Positions 1-7,500 of a stretch of DNA of 43,948 nucleotides are shown here, piece by piece. The notes under the pieces are model-generated. The model saw nothing but the letters and a program-made list of their open reading frames with translations. It was not told the origin of the DNA and did no database searches. Location: sequence record SRR2962707_3714. One strand, 5' to 3'. How positions within the stretch are numbered: position 1 is the stretch's first letter; each line of letters starts with the position of its first letter. Both the position numbers and the translations under genes were made by a program.

Positions 1-777
1 CATGTGGGTTTCCAGCACATCCTTGACCAGTTCGTTTGATGGCGCGTGGCCAATCGCAACAAAAACACCCTTACAAGGGATTTCAGAAATGTCGCCGGTT
101 TGGACATTCTTGACCCGCACACCTTCGACGCCCAAAGGCGCTTCGGTCCCGGTCACTTCTTCAAGCTGGTGATGCCAAAGAGTTTCGATCTTGGGGTTTT
201 TGAACAAACGATCCTGTAAGATCTTTTCGGCCCGCAATGTATCGCGACGGTGAATCAATGTAACCTTCGAGGCAAAATTTGTCAGGAACAGCGCTTCTTC
301 AACGGCCGTGTTGCCGCCACCGATGACAACGATTTCCTGGCCACGGTAAAAGAAGCCGTCACATGTGGCACAAGCTGAAACACCAAAGCCTTTGAACTTT
401 TCCTCAGACGGCATGCCCAGCCATTTGGCGCGAGCGCCTGTCGCCAGAATAACCGCATCCGAGGTGTAAACTGTTCCGCTGTCACCGGTCGCGGTGAACG
501 GGCGCTTGCTCAGATCGAGATCGGTGATGATATCGCCGATAATTTCTGTGCCCATCGCGCGGGCGTGGGCTTCCATGTTGACCATCAGGTCAGGGCCCTG
601 GATTTCCGTCGCGCCGGGCCAGTTTTCAACTTCGGTTGTGGTGGTCAGCTGTCCGCCGGGCTCAATTCCTTGAACAAGGATCGGCTCCAACATCGCGCGG
701 CTTGCATAAACGCCTGCGGTGTATCCCGCAGGGCCTGAGCCGATGATCAAAACTTTGGTGTGACGTGTCTCGGACAT
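1..777 (-). CDS. trxB: Thioredoxin-disulfide reductase (3' end beyond window)
   Basis: Manual translation from ATG 777: [21 protein letters not shown] (FAD motif), [13 protein letters not shown] (CxxC), [23 protein letters not shown]. Not in the ORF track because it is truncated. Confidence 0.97.
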   Translation of the reverse strand, partial: MSETRHTKVLIIGSGPAGYTAGVYASRAMLEPILVQGIEPGGQLTTTTEVENWPGATEIQGPDLMVNMEAHARAMGTEIIGDIITDLDLSKRPFTATGDSGTVYTSDAVILATGARAKWLGMPSEEKFKGFGVSACATCDGFFYRGQEIVVIGGGNTAVEEALFLTNFASKVTLIHRRDTLRAEKILQDRLFKNPKIETLWHHQLEEVTGTEAPLGVEGVRVKNVQTGDISEIPCKGVFVAIGHAPSNELVKDVLETHM

Positions 778-891
778 AATGGGCCTCGTCCTTGAGTTGG
801 CATTTGCGTTTGAATGCATATAAACCTCTGCGACGTTGTCGGAAACCCCAGAGCGTTCACAGAAATGACACTCTTAAAAATCTGACAAAAT

Positions 892-927
892 GTTAAGATT
901 GTTGCGCAGATGTGAAATATTATTGCG
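892..927. promoter_or_regulatory. Two 15-bp imperfect palindromes 21 bp apart (GTTAAGATTGTTGCG, TGAAATATTATTGCG); candidate Lrp autoregulatory sites
   Basis: In the trxB/lrp divergent spacer; AT-rich centre resembles Lrp-family operators. Confidence 0.4.
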
Positions 928-978
928 TGATCTGGGCGCTATGCTATAATAATCAAGAAAAAATTAGGAGTATTAGCA

Positions 979-1479
979 ATGTCCGGACATCGGCTTGACC
1001 CGATTGATCGAAAGATTTTGTCCGAGTTGCAAGCGGACGGCCGTATGACGAATGTCGAACTTGCAAAGCGAGTTGGTATTTCGGCGCCGCCGTGCTTGCG
1101 CCGTGTGCGCACGCTGGAAGAACAGGGCTTCATTCGCGGATACCATGCGGACATAAACGCCCGAGAACTGGGTTTTGAAGTTCAGGTTTTTGCGATGGTT
1201 GGGCTGCAGAGCCAGGCTGAGTCGGATCTAAGTTCTTTCGAAGAAAAATGCCGCGCGTGGCCCTTGGTTCGGGAATGTCACATGTTGAACGGAGAGGTCG
1301 ATTTCATTCTGAAATGCGTGGCTCCTGATCTCAGCACATTTCAAACGTTTTTGACGTCCGAATTACTTACCGCCGACAATGTGGGCAGCGTGAAAACGTC
1401 CCTAGTTATTCGTGGTGCAAAGGATGAACCGGGTGTTCCCTTTGACGTTTTGGAAGAACGGTTGAACCGCTCTGCCTGA
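979..1479 (+). CDS. Lrp/AsnC family transcriptional regulator
   Basis: LDPIDRKILSELQADGRMTNVELAKRVGISAPPCLRRVRTLEEQGFI HTH; ECHMLNGEVDFILK ligand domain; AGGAG RBS. Confidence 0.95.
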   Translation: MSGHRLDPIDRKILSELQADGRMTNVELAKRVGISAPPCLRRVRTLEEQGFIRGYHADINARELGFEVQVFAMVGLQSQAESDLSSFEEKCRAWPLVRECHMLNGEVDFILKCVAPDLSTFQTFLTSELLTADNVGSVKTSLVIRGAKDEPGVPFDVLEERLNRSA

Positions 1480-1487
1480 TCGTGTTT

Positions 1488-1508
1488 TCCGAGGGCTTAG
1501 CCCTCGGA
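1488..1508. terminator. Hairpin between convergent lrp and Hint genes
   Basis: TCCGAGGGC-TTA-GCCCTCGGA perfect 9-bp stem. Confidence 0.7.
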
Positions 1509-1517
1509 TTCATTTCG

Positions 1518-2309
1518 TTATCTTGAAATCAGATTGTCCACGACCTCGCGGCTCGTCCGCGTAAAGGTCAGGTCACCGAAATCATCAAGCGATGTCAGAT
1601 GCGGGAACATGGACATGAACAAAGTGCGTTTGCTTTGCTCCAGCTCCGACGACATGTTGCGCCCCGGATGGTAGCTTTCAAATTCCATACCACTGACATT
1701 GATGACACCGTGGCGTGCCAAAGCGATGTGGTACATTTGAACCGAGCTTGGTGGCGTCACGTTAAAAACCTGATCGCCATCGCAGAATTCAGACACCGAC
1801 ATCAAAACCGCGCTCTGACCAATCAGAGCTTCCAGGGGCGGTCTGCGCACCACCATACGCGCGGCGGGGCCCAAAAGAATATCGCCCATGGGTTTGCTCA
1901 GGCCAAAGGAATCGTTCGTGAGACGGGTAAGATGCGTCAGGCTGGAGTTTGAAGCGGCAACACTGGGCACAAAAATCGTCGATCCGATCCAGGCAATCGG
2001 CTCAAAACCGCGACCGGTTTCAACAAGGTCGCCCGGAAAAAGGTCTTCGACGGATATCGGACCGTTCTGAGTGGTGATGACTGTGCCACGTGCAAATGCG
2101 CTGGCCGTTGCCTCAAACACATTTGTGGCCGGAGCAATCACGTGTTTAGAGACAATCGTCTCATCAGGCATCAAAGCAGACACCTCGTATTTTCGCATAA
2201 GTCTGACGGGACGGGCCGTATGAGGCTCGGGCCGTGCATTACGCAAGGTGTTAACGGTGGTTGTGTTCGGTGCTCGTACATCAAGTGCACGCATTTGGGG
2301 TTTAGCCAA
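1518..2309 (-). CDS. Hint (Hint_2/BIL-like) domain protein; probable TTG start
   Basis: AFARGTVITTQNGPISVEDLFPGDLVET...IAWIG and YHIALARHGVINVSGMEFESYHPG are typical Hint_2 blocks; AAAGGG precedes TTG 2309 (start uncertain; ORF open to 2360). Confidence 0.85.
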   Translation of the reverse strand: MAKPQMRALDVRAPNTTTVNTLRNARPEPHTARPVRLMRKYEVSALMPDETIVSKHVIAPATNVFEATASAFARGTVITTQNGPISVEDLFPGDLVETGRGFEPIAWIGSTIFVPSVAASNSSLTHLTRLTNDSFGLSKPMGDILLGPAARMVVRRPPLEALIGQSAVLMSVSEFCDGDQVFNVTPPSSVQMYHIALARHGVINVSGMEFESYHPGRNMSSELEQSKRTLFMSMFPHLTSLDDFGDLTFTRTSREVVDNLISR

Positions 2310-2540
2310 GTGAACACCCTTTCTTTGGGCAGCCACATCTGCGTTGGCCCCCACCAACAACAGCAGAAGGACGGGTTACGACATTCTGTGTGGTTACAGA
2401 TTCACACCAAAAGGCGCTAACTGTTAAATAAGATTTGGGTCTGGAGCCATGGGCGCGGGCGCCTTTGGCTTGGCGTGCTTGTACCAGAGCCGTTTCGCCA
2501 CACTCATCGTGGCGGCCTACAGTTCTGGATGATGCAAGTC

Positions 2541-2633
2541 TTAGGCTTTACGGGTCCACGGAAAGGTCGGTTTGGAACCTTTCGACGTTTTAACGACTGA
2601 TTTGGTAAAGCGGGTGTTTTTACGGTTTTTCAT
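2541..2633 (-). CDS. 30-aa basic microprotein MKNRKNTRFTKSVVKTSKGSKPTFPWTRKA (paralogue of 3000-3140)
   Basis: ATG 2633, TAA 2541-2543, AGGA RBS; 12/21 identical ungapped core with the neighbouring small protein; shares its upstream block. Confidence 0.75.
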   Translation of the reverse strand: MKNRKNTRFTKSVVKTSKGSKPTFPWTRKA

Positions 2634-2686
2634 TTGTCTATTCCTACACTCATTACACCCAGTATTTCGGGCTGGCTCCTTTTGGG

Positions 2687-2730
2687 GAACATGATCAATA
2701 TGGTTAAGAAATAAGGCGGAGATTGGGCAG
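2687..2730 (-). promoter_or_regulatory. Duplicated promoter-like block, copy B
   Basis: ctgcccaatctccgccttatttcttaaccatattgatcatgttc; 32/44 ungapped identity to 3182-3225. Confidence 0.7.
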
Positions 2731-2794
2731 CTTCGCGACGATTTTACGCTGACGCCCGATGGGGAACCTAAAGAGGATTGGGGGAGACGCCGGC

Positions 2795-2823
2795 AAAAGA
2801 AAACCCCGCGTTTGACGGCGGGG
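2795..2823 (-). terminator. Rho-independent terminator closing the 46-aa microprotein transcript
   Basis: Minus strand CCCCGC-cgtcaaac-GCGGGG followed by TTTTCTTTT. Confidence 0.75.
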
Positions 2824-2999
2824 CGACATATCGGATGAGATTTCTTGCACGAATGAGCGGCGCTATGAAATCCTGGAACAAAAATAGATCAATCTGGGTA
2901 AATCCGCCTTGCTGATGAATGGTTTGGTCATCACTCAGGGACTAAGGCTTATTCGCGCGGCGCCTGCGGAATCAGGCGCACGCGATGTGCTTATAAAGC

Positions 3000-3140
3000 T
3001 TAGGCGCTCTTCAACTGAAGCGGCTTAGTTGTGCGTTTTGCAACGAATTCTTCACGACGCGAACCGCGTGCCCAAGGCATCGAAACTTCTTGTGTTTTTG
3101 AAGTCTTCAGAACTGATTTGATGAACCGGCGAGTCTTCAT
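3000..3140 (-). CDS. 46-aa basic small protein MKTRRFIKSVLKTSKTQEVSMPWARGSRREEFVAKRTTKPLQLKSA
   Basis: AGGAG RBS before ATG 3140 (true start lies inside ORF 3000..3236); resembles the '..KSV...PWARG.RR' small hypothetical proteins I recall from Rhodobacteraceae. Confidence 0.85.
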   Translation of the reverse strand: MKTRRFIKSVLKTSKTQEVSMPWARGSRREEFVAKRTTKPLQLKSA

Positions 3141-3181
3141 TTTCTTGCTCCTAAATGTGACGTCCACGCTTTGAACTGCTC

Positions 3182-3236
3182 GGACAGGATCAATATCGCA
3201 ATAGAATAAGGCGGGTCTTGGGCGGATCGTGGGCAA
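3182..3236 (-). promoter_or_regulatory. Duplicated promoter-like block, copy A, with three GCC repeats in 11-bp phase
   Basis: ttGCCcacgat ccGCCcaagac ccGCCttattc tattgcgatattgatcctgtcc. Confidence 0.7.
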
Positions 3237-3387
3237 TTTTTGAAAATTCTCGCCTTAATTCAATTTGTTGTCGGTATCGATGTAACTAATTGTTTTAAAT
3301 TAGAAAATACTCCGGTCTCCGAAACACTTTTCGCCTCTTGGCGTGATTGTGCTGAAGCCTTCAACAGTTTGACAGGGAAATGTGGCG

Positions 3388-4143
3388 CTACAGGCGAATT
3401 ACAGAGATCAGCCTGCCATAATCCGCTTCTTTTTCGTGAGTCGTGCGACGGAAAGAATAGAATCTATCAGCATCAGAATAGGTGCAATGACGAGTCCATT
3501 CTGCATCAACGCCGGCCTCTCGTAGGCGGTGCAAACCAAAGGCAGGAAGGTCGAACAAATACCTGTCGCCCTCGCCGTTTATGAAGAAGCGGGCATTGTT
3601 TCGTTCTTCGTCGAAAAAGCGTTCAAAGAACTCTGGACCGACCTCGTAGGCACGCTGGCTGATTGAGGGGCCAACCACAGCTTTGATATTGTCACGCTGC
3701 GCGCCAAGCTTAATCATGGCATCAATGGTGTTTTCTAAAACGCCACTAATCGCGCCTCTCCATCCTGCATGCGCCGCGCCGATAACACTGTTTTCCCGGT
3801 CAGAGAACAAGACAGGTTGGCAATCTGCCGTGAGGATCGCCAAAGCAACGCCAGGTGTGGCAGTAACCATACCATCTGCTTCGGGTCGGGGGCCGGATAA
3901 GGGGCCGTCAATGACGGAAACATCCGAGGAATGAGTCTGGTTAATTGTAACGAGTCGCTCTGGTGTGACCTGCATCGCCTCCGCAACACGGCCGCGGTTG
4001 ATTTCTACGATCTCTGTTTGGTCGCTGGAACCAATGCCGCAGTTCAGGCCTGAAAAAACACCCGAAGACGCCCCTCCGCGACGGGTGAAAAAACCGTGTC
4101 GGAAAGGGGACAACGACTCGGCTGTGATGATTTCCAGCGTCAT
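3388..4143 (-). CDS. pgeF: Peptidoglycan editing factor PgeF / YfiH purine nucleoside phosphorylase
   Basis: HGFFTRRGG, QTHS, ADGMVT, TADCQPVL, HAGWRG, FYSFRR motifs; start MTLEIIT overlaps the upstream stop. Confidence 0.95.
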   Translation of the reverse strand: MTLEIITAESLSPFRHGFFTRRGGASSGVFSGLNCGIGSSDQTEIVEINRGRVAEAMQVTPERLVTINQTHSSDVSVIDGPLSGPRPEADGMVTATPGVALAILTADCQPVLFSDRENSVIGAAHAGWRGAISGVLENTIDAMIKLGAQRDNIKAVVGPSISQRAYEVGPEFFERFFDEERNNARFFINGEGDRYLFDLPAFGLHRLREAGVDAEWTRHCTYSDADRFYSFRRTTHEKEADYGRLISVIRL

Positions 4144-5201
4144 GTCTCTACTCCGGGAGGGGGCTGTTGGCCGTTTGGAAAGAATCCGATGATTTTGAAC
4201 AATTTCCCCATTTCGTCGGGATGGGTCAACCTTCGATGTGCCGCGATATGAGCCTGCAGGGCGTCGCCGGTTAAACCAGCGGCGAGAGATTGCGCGCGTT
4301 GCGTGATCCCAAGGCGCTCTAGAAACACGCCTTGGGGAGTTAGACGGCTGTAGGCACAGCCACAGGCTTTGGTCAGAGTTTCGAAATCGACATGCGCCGT
4401 CAGATCTACCTGTCCAGGTGTTGCTAAAACGTCTTGAACCTGATGCCGTGCGACGGCCTGAAGCGTGTCTCCCAGCGAGCACCAGTCACCATAGTCAATC
4501 ACCAGAGCGGCCCCGCCAAACTTTGCGATCTTGTTTCCAAGCTCGGCCATGATTGTTTCGCCCTGAGTACAGGTCTCAACCAGATCTCCGTCACGGGTGT
4601 CTTCGATCCGGTGAGTGAGCGCGGCATTGTGGGCCGCTGTGGTCAAGCCAAAGGCCAAGTCCCCGTCAACGACGTTGATAACTCTTTCGCGCCAACCAGT
4701 GCCGTCCCGCAAAAACTGGCGGATGGGCAGGGCGTCAAAAAACTCGTTGGCGACAAGAAATAGCGGGAGCTCGGGCAGGGTGCTCACATCATCGTGCCAT
4801 ATTGGCGAATACTGGTTCAGTCGGTTTTTTTGCTCATTGCGCAGAATCGGCGACGCCTCAACCAGATGAACGGATAGGGCATCGTGAAAACCCGGAACGC
4901 GCGATGTCGCCCTTAAGATGTCTGCCATCAATGTCCCGCGTCCGGGTCCAAGCTCAGCCAAGGCAATGGGGGCGGGTGCCCCTTGATCCAGCCAGCATTG
5001 CGCCAAAGACAGGCCAATCAGCTCTCCGAACATTTGGCTTATTTCTGGGGAAGTTGTGAAATCACCCTCTGCGCCCAACGGATCCCGGTTAGTGTAATAG
5101 CCGTATTTCGGATGCAAAAGACAGGTCGCCATATATTGCGCGACGTTCAAGGGGCCACTTGTGGCGATTTGTGCTTTCAGAATGTCTTGCAGCGCTGTCA
5201 T
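4140..5201 (-). CDS. SAM-dependent methyltransferase, MidA/NDUFAF7 family
   Basis: [52 protein letters not shown] overlap with lgt. Confidence 0.95.
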   Translation of the reverse strand: MTALQDILKAQIATSGPLNVAQYMATCLLHPKYGYYTNRDPLGAEGDFTTSPEISQMFGELIGLSLAQCWLDQGAPAPIALAELGPGRGTLMADILRATSRVPGFHDALSVHLVEASPILRNEQKNRLNQYSPIWHDDVSTLPELPLFLVANEFFDALPIRQFLRDGTGWRERVINVVDGDLAFGLTTAAHNAALTHRIEDTRDGDLVETCTQGETIMAELGNKIAKFGGAALVIDYGDWCSLGDTLQAVARHQVQDVLATPGQVDLTAHVDFETLTKACGCAYSRLTPQGVFLERLGITQRAQSLAAGLTGDALQAHIAAHRRLTHPDEMGKLFKIIGFFPNGQQPPPGVET

Positions 5202-6097
5202 GCTTGGCGTGCCTCCGTACGGCGACTCCAAATAATGGCGGCCAAGCCGATGAGAAACATCGGCAGTGACAAGAGTTGCCCCATGGTGAGACCGTAGCCG
5301 TTCAGATGAATGGCTAGGCCCAGTGGGTTGGCAAGTTCAACGAACTGGTGGTCGGGCTGGCGTACGAATTCTACCGCAAAACGGGCCAATCCGTAGCCCA
5401 TGAAGAACACGCCTGCGCAACGGCCCGGGTATTTGAGCGCGTTTTTGCGGAAGGCCAACCACAACAACACGGCACCCAACAATAAACCTTCGAGCAGGGC
5501 TTCATAAAGTTGTGAGGGGTGGCGGGCACATAATTCACCAACGGCCTGACCACAGTCCTGGGCATATGGTCCGGGAAAGATGACGCCCCAAGGCAGATCC
5601 GTTTGTCGGCCCCAAAGCTCCGCGTTCACAAAATTTGCGATTCGCCCCAAAAGCAGGCCTGGCGGAACTCCCAACGCCATCATGTCGGCGGCCGAAGCAA
5701 CGGGAATGCTGTATTTTCGGCAGAACAAAAATACCGCGATGACGACCCCTAACAAGCCGCCATGAAAGGCCATGCCGCCCTGCCAAACCATTGGAATTTC
5801 TAAGGGATTCTGAAGGTAGTAAATGGGCTGATAAAACAACACAAACCCCAACCGTCCACCAAGAATTACCCCCAGAATGACCCATGTCAGCAAGTCCTCG
5901 ACCTGTTGCTTTGTCATTGGTGGTTGATTGTCTGGCCATAGCTTTACGGCACGTACAGCCATGATGACGAGTCGCCAACCAATCAGGATGCCGACAATAT
6001 AAGCCAACGCGTACCACCGCAGGGCCAAGTCTAATCCGAACAAATTGATGGAAAAGACTTCGGGTTCGAAGGCGGGAAAGGGAATGGATGCTCGCAT
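5198..6097 (-). CDS. lgt: Prolipoprotein diacylglyceryl transferase
   Basis: [41 protein letters not shown]. Confidence 0.98.
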   Translation of the reverse strand: MRASIPFPAFEPEVFSINLFGLDLALRWYALAYIVGILIGWRLVIMAVRAVKLWPDNQPPMTKQQVEDLLTWVILGVILGGRLGFVLFYQPIYYLQNPLEIPMVWQGGMAFHGGLLGVVIAVFLFCRKYSIPVASAADMMALGVPPGLLLGRIANFVNAELWGRQTDLPWGVIFPGPYAQDCGQAVGELCARHPSQLYEALLEGLLLGAVLLWLAFRKNALKYPGRCAGVFFMGYGLARFAVEFVRQPDHQFVELANPLGLAIHLNGYGLTMGQLLSLPMFLIGLAAIIWSRRTEARQA

Positions 6098-6135
6098 GTG
6101 CGTCTCTGTGCCTCTGAGCGTTGGGGGAAGTCAAC

Positions 6136-6164
6136 CTTGTGGTCGACCCGTTTGCGCCCCATAT
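6136..6164 (+). promoter_or_regulatory. Putative RpoH (sigma32-type) promoter of ubiK
   Basis: CTTG-N17-CCCCATAT. Confidence 0.55.
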
Positions 6165-6193
6165 AAGGGATATGTGTAACGCCGGAGACAATT

Positions 6194-6439
6194 ATGCAGA
6201 CGCGAAATAAGGTTTTTGACGATATTTCTCAGCTTCTTACGAACGCTATGGGCGTGGCCCAAGGCGCCAAAACCGAAGCCGAGACCGCGATGAAATCTAT
6301 GATGGACCGCTGGTTGGCGGATCGGGATTTTGTGACGCGTGAAGAGTTCGACGCGGTGCGCGTTATGGCGCAGAAGGCGCGCGAAGAAAATGCAGCCTTG
6401 TCCGCCCGTTTGGACGCACTTGAAGGTGGCAAAGACTAA
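6194..6439 (+). CDS. ubiK: Ubiquinone biosynthesis accessory factor UbiK (BMFP family)
   Basis: DFVTREEFDAVRVMAQKAREEN..L.ARL..LE signature; GGAG RBS. Confidence 0.9.
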   Translation: MQTRNKVFDDISQLLTNAMGVAQGAKTEAETAMKSMMDRWLADRDFVTREEFDAVRVMAQKAREENAALSARLDALEGGKD

Positions 6440-6472
6440 TTCCATCGGTTTTTGCCTCAATGTTTAAAATTA

Positions 6473-6503
6473 GAACAAAACGTGAAATTTAAACGGAATT
6501 TAA
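6473..6503. promoter_or_regulatory. LexA-like box (GAAC-N7-GAAA, 6473-6487) next to a perfect CtrA box (TTAA-N7-TTAA, 6489-6503)
   Basis: GAACaaaacgtGAAA t TTAAacggaatTTAA, about 40 bp upstream of the EAL start. Confidence 0.55.
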
Positions 6504-6544
6504 GAGCTGTGGCCTGATCGTGACCTAATAGTTTGGAGGGTCAC

Positions 6545-7378
6545 GTGAAGAAAGTTGAATTTCGCAAACCTCGGCCCGAAGGGTCGGACTTGATGATACG
6601 GGCAGCAATGCACCGGGATCATAGCATCATCAATATGGTAAAGGCGGCAGTGCGCCATCGAGAGGTCATGCTGGCCTTTCAACCTGTTGTTCAGGCACGG
6701 GATCCATCGCGTGTTGCCTTTTACGAAGGCCTGATCCGCGTGTTGGACGATACAGGTCGGATCATCCCGGCAAAGGACTTCATTTCTGAGGTGGAGGAGC
6801 TTGAAACCGGCAGAGAGCTGGATTGCCTCGCATTAGAAGAGGGGCTGAAAGAACTTTCTCAGAGTCCATCCCTGAGACTGTCTATTAACATGTCCGCCCG
6901 GTCGATCGGATATCGAAAGTGGTCAAAAATTCTGACGCGGGGGTTGGATCGAAACCCCACCGTCGGAGAACGGCTGATTTTGGAAATCACCGAATCCTCG
7001 GCCATTGTTGTTCCAGATCTGGTGGCAGGTTTCATGGCAGAGTTGCGGGAAAAGGGCATTGCCTTTGCGATTGACGATTTTGGGTCAGGGTACACGGCCT
7101 TTCGCCATTTTCGCGATTTTCAATTCGATATCCTGAAAATTGACGGGCTTTTTATTCGTGGTATCGCCACAGACCCCGATAATCAGGTGATCACCAAGGC
7201 AATGGTCGCCATTGCCCAGCAGTTTGATATGTTCTGTGTTGCAGAGCATGTTGAAGCTGCCGCGGATGCCGCGTATCTTTCTCGGATCGGCGTCGATTGT
7301 TTGCAGGGGTATTTCTTTGGTGCGCCCACGGTTTCACCACCTTGGAAGGCTCAAGCAGACGGGCGCAGGAGGGCCTGA
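6545..7378 (+). CDS. Stand-alone EAL-domain c-di-GMP phosphodiesterase
   Basis: FQPVV, YEGLIR (ExL), SINMS, LEITES, IDDFGSGY, KIDG, VAEHVE, LQGYFFG; GGAGG before GTG 6545. Confidence 0.93.
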   Translation: MKKVEFRKPRPEGSDLMIRAAMHRDHSIINMVKAAVRHREVMLAFQPVVQARDPSRVAFYEGLIRVLDDTGRIIPAKDFISEVEELETGRELDCLALEEGLKELSQSPSLRLSINMSARSIGYRKWSKILTRGLDRNPTVGERLILEITESSAIVVPDLVAGFMAELREKGIAFAIDDFGSGYTAFRHFRDFQFDILKIDGLFIRGIATDPDNQVITKAMVAIAQQFDMFCVAEHVEAAADAAYLSRIGVDCLQGYFFGAPTVSPPWKAQADGRRRA

Positions 7379-7397
7379 GACAGTGTGTCAGGTTTTG

Positions 7398-7408
7398 CTG
7401 CGCTGCAG
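7398..7408. promoter_or_regulatory. PhaR-type box CTGC-N3-GCAG upstream of phaA
   Basis: CTGCgctGCAG matches the CTGC-N3/4-GCAG motif described for Rhodobacter PhaR. Confidence 0.55.
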
Positions 7409-7500
7409 AATCAACTAGATGACGTCGCGGAACCGGAGGGGAACCGTGTGACACAAAACGGAACAGTTTCCTCTCGTCTGACATGTAGAGGAAGTACAAA

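Noticed and set aside
282-485. 67-aa minus-strand ORF
   Set aside because: Alternative frame inside trxB
2310-2700. Possible group I intron, tmRNA, RNase P RNA or known riboswitch upstream of the Hint gene
   Set aside because: No diagnostic conserved motifs found; part of the region is explained by the 30-aa ORF
3240-3584. 114-aa plus-strand ORF next to the microprotein promoter
   Set aside because: TTG start without RBS, overlaps pgeF antisense, no protein-like features
4144-4482. N-terminal extension of pgeF in the ORF track (similar extensions on hisC, dat, ribA, pyk, SBP, permease)
   Set aside because: They overlap upstream genes or promoters; downstream starts with RBS or translational coupling fit the family lengths
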